This document shows, piece by piece, positions 49,786-57,129 of a stretch of 57,129 bases of DNA; within the stretch, counting starts at the first letter, position 1; the number at the start of each line of letters is the position of its first letter. A model generated the notes under the pieces. The model had not been told where the DNA came from, searched no databases, and saw nothing but the letters and a program-made list of their open reading frames with translations. The position numbers and the translations under genes were made by a program. The stretch covers positions 1-57,129 of the forward strand of contig LVLI01000197.1 in NCBI GenBank assembly GCA_001687465.1, given 5' to 3'. The DNA is from Halocafeteria seosinensis (lineage: Eukaryota).

Positions 49786-51888
49786 CTACGGATCGGTAAC
49801 GATTGGACCGTCCTCGTTTCCATGCCTGACATTGCTTTCGGTTCTTCGGCGCTTTCGAGAGGCTTTGCTAGGCAAAGTGGCGCTGCTGCTGTCCTTGAAA
49901 TACCAGTCTTCGAATACCGGAGGGATAAACCGAAAAGGTGCAACAATTTGTTTGCCTTGGGCCGATTTTCTCACCTCCACATAGCAGTACACGGGCATTC
50001 GAGTGATCATACAAACCAAGGGTGACAACCGTCTCTCCGCAGAATCGGACATGTTGTTGCGGCCGATGTCTGAAAACAGCCGATGCTGAGCACAGTGTGA
50101 ACAGTAAATGATCTGTTTGCTTGGGAATACCCCCACTGTAGCAGGCTCGTCCATACAGACTACACAAGTCTCCTCTTGATACCAATTTGTAGGGGGCGTT
50201 GATTCCGGCGGTATCCCTTTAGGAAACAGATCTTGATGATACTGGAGGAGGCTCCAGTCTCCCCCTCTGAGCAACGTTCCTTTGAGTACTTCTCCAAATC
50301 GACGCTGGAGTGCTGGATCCCTCTCCGTGTCGAACGCTTGTATCACAAGTTCAAGAGCGCTCTTGGAACCGGACAAACCGTCGGTGCACATGTTCACATT
50401 CACGTAAAAGTGCGTGCCAACATACATCAATAACTTTGCAAACCACGCAGCCTTGCTTTGAACCTGCTTTAGACGTTCTTCCGCCGCCTTCATACCAGGG
50501 ACTAGACGTTGAACCCGATTGAGGTACTCCGTGTGGCGTGTTGCGTCGCCTAGTATGCGAGCCAATTCCATTGTCGGTGTCTCTTGCAGTTGATTACATA
50601 CGCCGTCCCATTTGCTAAATGGAACACGCATAAGGACAGACTGGAGGCACCAAAGTAACCATTCAGGATCTGTATTTACACTTCCGAATAAGGAGACGAG
50701 AACCAACCAGGGAGCTTTCCAGCAACTTGCTCCAGGCGTCATTCCTGGTACATCAAGAGCCACTGCTAACTGGTGTTTCCTATATTTGGCGAGGGTCGAC
50801 AATGTTTTTAGTAAAACAGGGTCTTGACTATGAGCGACATCAAGAATGGCATGGCTTCCGTTCACGTCTCGATGATGCAGGACGTCCTCCCCGTAAATTT
50901 CTCCATCTGTTAGGTGAAGAATAATGTTTTCAAAAATCTGTATCTGTAAACGCTTGTTTCTGTCCACTAAACAGTAATAAATGCAGGGGTTCTGGTAGCA
51001 ATGCCCAGCCGAGGGCCGTCTAGCTTGAGGAGAATGCTCGTAGTGTTGCCGAGCGCACCTGAGTGCGACGTTTATGAACAACTGGAATGCTGTGTTTCCA
51101 GCAGCGTTACAAGGATTCCCAACGGCGACTCTTTGTGCTTTCATCATGGATATCCTTCTTAGCAACACTTCGTACAAATTTGGAAGACATGCAAGTTGCC
51201 ATTTGCGGCTTCCATTTCTGCCTCCAAGCTCCGCATGCATAAGCTGCTGCTCGTCGAACAAACCCATCATAGGAATTGACCCATCATTTCTTGCTTCGGA
51301 TTCAAGTCGCGCGTCGATTTCCAAACACGGATTGATGAAGAGGTCAAACATGTTATCCTTTAATGGAACTGTACTGTAGATCCAATGCAGAATATTGCTT
51401 CCGTTATTATCGGTGTGCCATAAAAATCCTGGCTCTACCCGAATTAGTTGAAGAATTTCACACCAGATGCTGAATAGTCGATTGCGAACAATGGTTGCTT
51501 GTGCACTTTCTCTCCATTTGCGAACAAGATACATTGGCAGATTTAACCCAGCTCCATCCTTGGCTCCGAGATTCCAACTGCCCGAGGTTTCCATTAGCCG
51601 CCGTATTGCATCATGGTGGGCTACGTCAATTGCTTCTATCGCGAGCATCATGATCGTCTTTCCGTCTGGTCCTACGTATTCCAACTCGGTTGCAGAAGGG
51701 TTATGGTCGAACGGTGCCCCACCTAGCAGCTGGTTTCTGAGCATTTCTCCTTGAGACAGGTCTGTAGTTTCCGAAGCCTGTGAGGAAGCTTATTGCAATG
51801 CATGTGATTTACGCAAAACATGGATACTAAAACCGTTCTCCCTTACATCGTCGTCCGAAATTCCAGTCATGTCTATGAAGTCGCCCAT
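49786..51888 (-). CDS. Ankyrin-like repeat protein with degenerate C-terminal RING-HC (~677 aa); intron 51778-51846
   Basis: Ankyrin-like starts (DGKTIMMLA, DGAGLNLPMYL, DNNGSNILH, NAAGNTAFQL, DVNGSHAILDVA). C-terminal CVVCMDEPATVGVFPSKQIIYCSHCA...CMITRMPV. A 14-codon first exon splices in frame. Confidence 0.7.
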
Positions 51889-54800
51889 TGTTGGAGAACG
51901 GTGTGAATATAACAACGTCACTGAATACAGAATGAACGAGACCAACAAAAAGGGAGTCGCAGGGGTAGTGGGATGGGATCCTCCGTCAAAGTCTCTGCCT
52001 CTCTTGCGAACCTTATTGAGGCCCTGGGTACTTGCAATCTGGCAGGCAACAGAGTCTTATAACTCTATTGAATTCTCGTACACGGATGGTGGTGTGTAAC
52101 CAGTGATTGGACGAACCAAACAATAACAAAAATGGGGTCATCACTGGAAAAAGAATAAGAAAAAGGGGACAATCCCGGACAAATAACCACCTTCAAGTTC
52201 AACGTCAGCGTCAGACCGCCGCGGCAATACGCACAATAGGGTTTGGTCAAACATCGAGATGGGGTGATGAGTACACTCGTTCTGCACTTCTCTCGTCAAC
52301 GAAGGTAATAAAAAGATGATGTTCGTATTTGACTGTTGACCAGAGGACGACATCAGGGCGTATCATTTGGTGTTTGATCCAGGATTGCATCCATTCCGAC
52401 ACTTTTGAGAGCCTGTACACAGCCCAATACTTTAAGTTAATGATGATAGCAGTATGAAGGCGTAGATGTCGCCTCAGTCAATTGCGCTTGTCTGGAACGT
52501 CAAGCAGTGAATTGACGAATGCTCCTTAATATAGCACAGAAGAAATCACCCGGAATCATTGTCAAGCGCGAAACCTAGACTCCATGGGTGAACCAATCTG
52601 TGCATTGCGTCTTCCAAGAGACCTACAACTTACTCTGACACGAAAAAGGAAAAGGATAATCTATATAAGCGGTGCCAACCTCCCTTCAATATCAGAATGT
52701 CCAGAAACACTTCTGTGTTACACAAACAGTATAAGTAAGATTTTGTTCCTTGTTTCGAGGACATTCCCTCTTCCCATTTCTTTCCCAAATGAGTGGCGAA
52801 ATGGAAGTAGTAACGTTGACACTCGTTTCGTTTGATGTCGCACAGACCAATCACCGAAATCAGCACCACAAAACGCAGGCTCCTTCGATGAAGCATACTG
52901 TGCAATAGACGGAGAGTCTTCTGGCAGGCACTTACAGTGTGTGACGAACAGTATGTTCTACACTAATTCTAATTCGGGGTGTTTTGGGTTAGCTTCTGCA
53001 GAAATATCACCCGAGAGTGATAGTGTAGGTCAAACTAAGCTTTCCACTTCTCCGATGAAATAGCAGAGGAGAGGGAAGATTCGAGGACCTTCGCTATTGC
53101 ACAGCTACAATCACTTGTATTCACAGCCTTCAGCTCAGCAAGTGAAACTACTGTGCACCTCGGCAGCAGCATAGGTAGTCACTGACATACTACATACTTT
53201 TCATACGTAATCTGACACAACTGGCCTTGCTGATTGTTGTTTTCCACTCTGTGCTGCACGGAACACTGTTGACGCCGGCGTATCGACTATATCTCAACCC
53301 GCCCTTCCAAAGATATAGTAACGCATCCAATGGCGTCAACTCGATCGCAGAGTCCAACCACGCGCATTCACAAAAGTACAGTACAAGTCTTCTTGGCGCG
53401 TGAAATCAGACTGCGCTTTATACCTTGAGTGAGCGGGTTGCATCGACCAGTCACATACCATTCACTGCAAGCAGCCAGTACAGAAGCAACGTAATAATAA
53501 TGTCTTTGCTGGTAAAGAACCAGGGTTTTGTGACAGCAATTCTAAAAACCCGAGCAGAACATATGAAGCAAGTTTTGATATGGCGCAAAAAATTAAGTCA
53601 TTTACTATCAGAGACGACAACAAAGTATCATCTAAGAAAATGGGCTGGGATGCGCGAGAACGTTATTCTGTTGGATGATTCCCCTACCTTGATCTCAGTC
53701 GAAGCTCCCGGGAGCTCGCCTGCGCAGAAAAACGACAAGCAAGTGCAAAAGTGTAATTGCTGAACTGGCTATTCACCATCTTAGCTCATTCTTGGAATAA
53801 AAATAAATAGCAAAGCATGCCAGCAAAGGGTTGCTTTCGCACATACACAGTCTGAGTCATAGACTGTCATAGCGACTTCGACCGCTCAGAATATGGGCTG
53901 GGATGTGCGTGCAAACCACCATTGCTTGATCATGTTACCTACCTTTATTTGCAAGCAGTTCCACGGGCCCACAGCGCGGCTAATGAGAGGCTACTGGCTT
54001 CGGGCTTGGCCTGCAGGCATAAGGAGACGTCAGTGCAATACAATGTCTGCTGGGACGACAACACATTACAAAGGAGACGCAGAACAACAACTGAGCCATG
54101 CCTCCCGGAAAAGTCTGATGTGCCCCCGGGCCAAAGAGCATTGCCTTCTTCATCTGGCATAGGCAAAATCACACGCCATCACAGTTGCTGTTGGAGGTTT
54201 GCACCACCCCCACAACAACTCGGCATGTGGAACGAACCTATGCATGCATTCTTCTACATAAAATAGTACACTTACAATTTTTATACTTTGCTTCTTATGG
54301 CCGGGGTCGGTTCACCTTGAGTCCTTTGTTTCTTCCTCGTGTGGATGAGATGGTCGATCTTGGGCCCGTAAGCGCTCCACTTCGCGCTGGATGCGCGCCT
54401 CAGTTTCCACCTGTAGACGCATCATGACACATTCTACGTTGAGACAACTAAAGAGAAAAAACATTAGGAGGCTAGTGTACCTTCTGATCCTTCTCATAGA
54501 GGTGCTTAATGTAAAATCCTAGCCCTGTTCCTCCCAAAGTGCCCAAGAAGGCCATGAAAAGAGTCCCCGGTTTTACACTCTTGAATGCCATTTCACCGAC
54601 GCTTCAGAAGTATCACAGGATAGAAAAATGAAATTTTCAGTATGGAAAACATCTCGACCAATGTCTGGTGCTGTAATTAACCCCTCATAACGTGGTCTAA
54701 ATGAGCTGCTTTCTTGGTGTCAGTGAGGCAGCAATCATTTCTCTCACTCACTCAATTCAGCCATCCATGCCTCATCACGTTCGTTTCTGGCCACCATATT

Positions 54801-54893
54801 GTACAGCAATATCAGTGGTGGTGGGATATAATAGTGTGTGCTTATGATCGAGGGACAGCGCACATGAACTTGGAGTCGTGGTGAAGTAATACA

Positions 54894-56133
54894 ATGCAGA
54901 GACACTCGGGGACTCCCTCCGAGACCCAAATTGGGTTGGATAAAACAGCACCTGTATGTTGTCTATAGTGGCCAAATAACACCCTTTGGCAAAGCGAATG
55001 CTTGATGGCATTGTTATGGCTTGTCGTTTGTTGACGCAGTCGTATAATACGCAAGTGGAACACAGCCGAGAAGACTTCCTGACCCAATTGCGGTCGAAAT
55101 TACGCATTAATATAATAGAAGAGGTCGAAGACCGTTTGATCTTTGATTTAATAGGCGTCGAAGCTCCCATAGCGAATGCTCTCCGAAGGATACTCCTGGC
55201 GGAGATCCCGACGATGGCCATAGAGCATGTGTTTATCAGCGATAATACTTCAGTGATACAAGATGAAGTATTATCCCACAGAATTGGGCTTGTTCCACTA
55301 TTGGCCGACCCGCGATGTTTTGAAGAAAAGCAAAGTATGTGTGCAAGCTCTCGGGAGTGCTCGTTTACTCTTCGACTTATTTTTCAAGTTGTGCTGTGGT
55401 CCATTTACAGCGGAGGAGGATGCGACAGATCTCAATACCCTAGTGTTTAAACTAGATGTAATGGGTGAACCAGTAAAGAAAGGCTCCAAAGGAGAAACAA
55501 GATATACTCATGTCTATTCGGGACATTTACAGTGGGTGCCACAAGGCTCTCAGGCCGAGCGCTTTTACGACGCTCCCATTCGACCAGTCCACGACGATAT
55601 ACTGTTAGCCAAGCTAAAACCCGGGCAAAGAATAACCCTAGAAGCACATGCGATAAAGGGTACGGGACAAGAGCATGCTAAATGGTCTCCAGTGGCCACA
55701 GCTTCCTATCGCTTAATGCCACATGTAGAAATAGCGGATCCTGTAAGTCGGTCGAAGGTAACTTGATTCTAACCTCACTAGGACACCAGTTTTCTTTGGC
55801 GATGCACAGATATACGATGAGGAAGCGGAGGAGCTAAAGCAAATCTCTGACGTCTTCGATGTACAAACAAATTCCAAGGGTAGAAAAGAAGCGGTAGTCA
55901 GCCGGCCCCGGCAGTGCAACATGTCGCGGGAAATTCTACGAGATCCTCGCTTCGCCAATAGAATCAATATTAGTCGCATCAATGATCACTTTATATTCTC
56001 AGTGGAGTCCGTAGGCATGCTTGATTCGAGGACACTGGTAAAGGAGGCTTGTCGCATACTTAAGGAGAAATGCCAAAATGTCCAGAACGCGTTGGAGGAA
56101 TGGTCCGCGAGCACCACACACGGGAGAGCCTAA
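54894..56133 (+). CDS. RPC40: RNA polymerases I and III subunit AC40, 4 exons
   Basis: FDLIGVEAPIANALRRILLAEIPTMAIE, NTSVIQDEVLSHRIGLVP, DDILLAKLKPGQ, HAKWSPVATASYRL, DHFIFSVESVG. Confidence 0.95.
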
Positions 56134-56411
56134 ATGTCACAACATCTCCTCACAGACGACCCACATACCTTAAACTGTTTTGTCTGACATAGAAATGCGC
56201 CTTAGAGCTTCGAGCTTCTGTCTCAATTCTAGAGATATAGTAGTCTTACGTAGTACTGCTACTCACTATACACAACTGAGATACCTGAACACCCGGGTGA
56301 GCTGAGTGTCTGGAGTCCACTAGGTGCAAGCAGGATCGTATTCGGTGGGCATATTAGTCCCCTGGTACCAGGTGTGCGTCGACGACATTGCCACTGCCAG
56401 CCCTTGCTGCC

Positions 56412-56966
56412 TTAGCTCTTTGGCACCATATTCGGGTTAACACGAAGCACTCCGTCCTTGTATCTACCTGTTTCCAAGCTTTTTGACGGGTCTGCTTTAA
56501 AAGGTTTGGATCGGTTCTTCTTCTGTGTTTTACCTGGGTTTTTCCCCGTGACGACTTTCGATTCCTTTACCTCTTCTTCCTTCTTGGTTTCTTTGCGTTC
56601 TCGTTCACGCTTTACTCCAAGCCACATACGATACGGCATTTTCTCTTTGTGTTCTACTTTGAGCCCCGCATTCTTAAGTTTCTTGGCTTCCCATTGCTTC
56701 TTATTCTTTCGATCAAATGCTGTGGCTCCGAATTCCACCACTTCGTCGAATATTTTGTTGAATTCTCGTCGCTCTTCTGCTTTCTCTGGGTCGTATTCTT
56801 TCCCCTTTTTATCCTTCTTCACAGCCTTTTTGGTTGTAGTTTTCGGTGTCCATTTCTTCCTGTCAGCTTCAGCCTTGGCTTTACGCTGCTGCTCTTCTTT
56901 TCTGCGTCTCTCTCGTTCCTGGGCTCGTTTCTCAGCGGGGTCAATGAATTCCACCACTTCTGCCAT
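56412..56966 (-). CDS. C1orf131/DUF4602-like basic nucleolar protein (SSU processome assembly factor-like)
   Basis: Lys/Glu-rich 184-aa ORF with EVVEFGATAF.RK.KK.WE...G....K.PY and C-terminal GRYKDGVLRV. Confidence 0.65.
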   Translation of the reverse strand: MAEVVEFIDPAEKRAQERERRRKEEQQRKAKAEADRKKWTPKTTTKKAVKKDKKGKEYDPEKAEERREFNKIFDEVVEFGATAFDRKNKKQWEAKKLKNAGLKVEHKEKMPYRMWLGVKRERERKETKKEEEVKESKVVTGKNPGKTQKKNRSKPFKADPSKSLETGRYKDGVLRVNPNMVPKS

Positions 56967-57129
56967 GTTTGATTCCTTCCTCTTCTTGTTCTATTTTCAA
57001 TTTATTATATCCCTTAAATGGGAGAATGGAACAACAACCCATATGCTGTAGTGTATATACCACGATTATTCTTGGCATATGGTTGGTCCTACAAGTAGTA
57101 AACAACAGATGAAGTGGTTTGTTTGATGA

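Noticed and set aside
38710..51888. Endogenous giant virus or Polinton interpretation of the island
   Set aside because: No capsid, packaging ATPase, polymerase, integrase or terminal inverted repeats were recognised.
52000..54800. Short ORFs and splice-like signals between the ankyrin gene and RPC40
   Set aside because: I could not assemble a coherent spliced ORF or recognise a domain; may be decayed sequence.

Overview
Gene-dense, ~48% GC DNA from a eukaryotic microbe, with short GT-AG introns (mostly ~60-90 nt). The organism cannot be identified from the sequence alone. 1-36 kb is a run of ten confidently called + strand genes: FAB1/PIKfyve, a 7-bladed FG-GAP membrane protein, an FAD oxidoreductase, a 3R-MYB factor, ARPC1, phosphatidylserine decarboxylase, homocysteine S-methyltransferase, a choline-transporter-like protein, a Tag1/DUF3712-like protein and a giant Pro/Ser-rich repeat/coiled-coil protein. 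Next comes a D-threonine-aldolase-family gene on the - strand. A rearranged accessory region (~37.6-54.8 kb) follows, with a scrambled pseudogenic duplicate of a RAB3GAP2-like gene, the intact gene, orphan ORFs, two tandem repeat arrays, a hAT transposase relic and an ankyrin-like protein with a half-degenerate RING. The window ends with RPC40/POLR1C and a C1orf131-like gene. The best candidates for novelty are an unusually long, structured intron with two mutually exclusive folds and a cryptic donor in a loop, a possible UUU-UGA +1 frameshift in an orphan gene, the one-zinc 'hemi-RING', and the microhomology-joined complex duplication. All family assignments are motif recognition by eye, not database searches.
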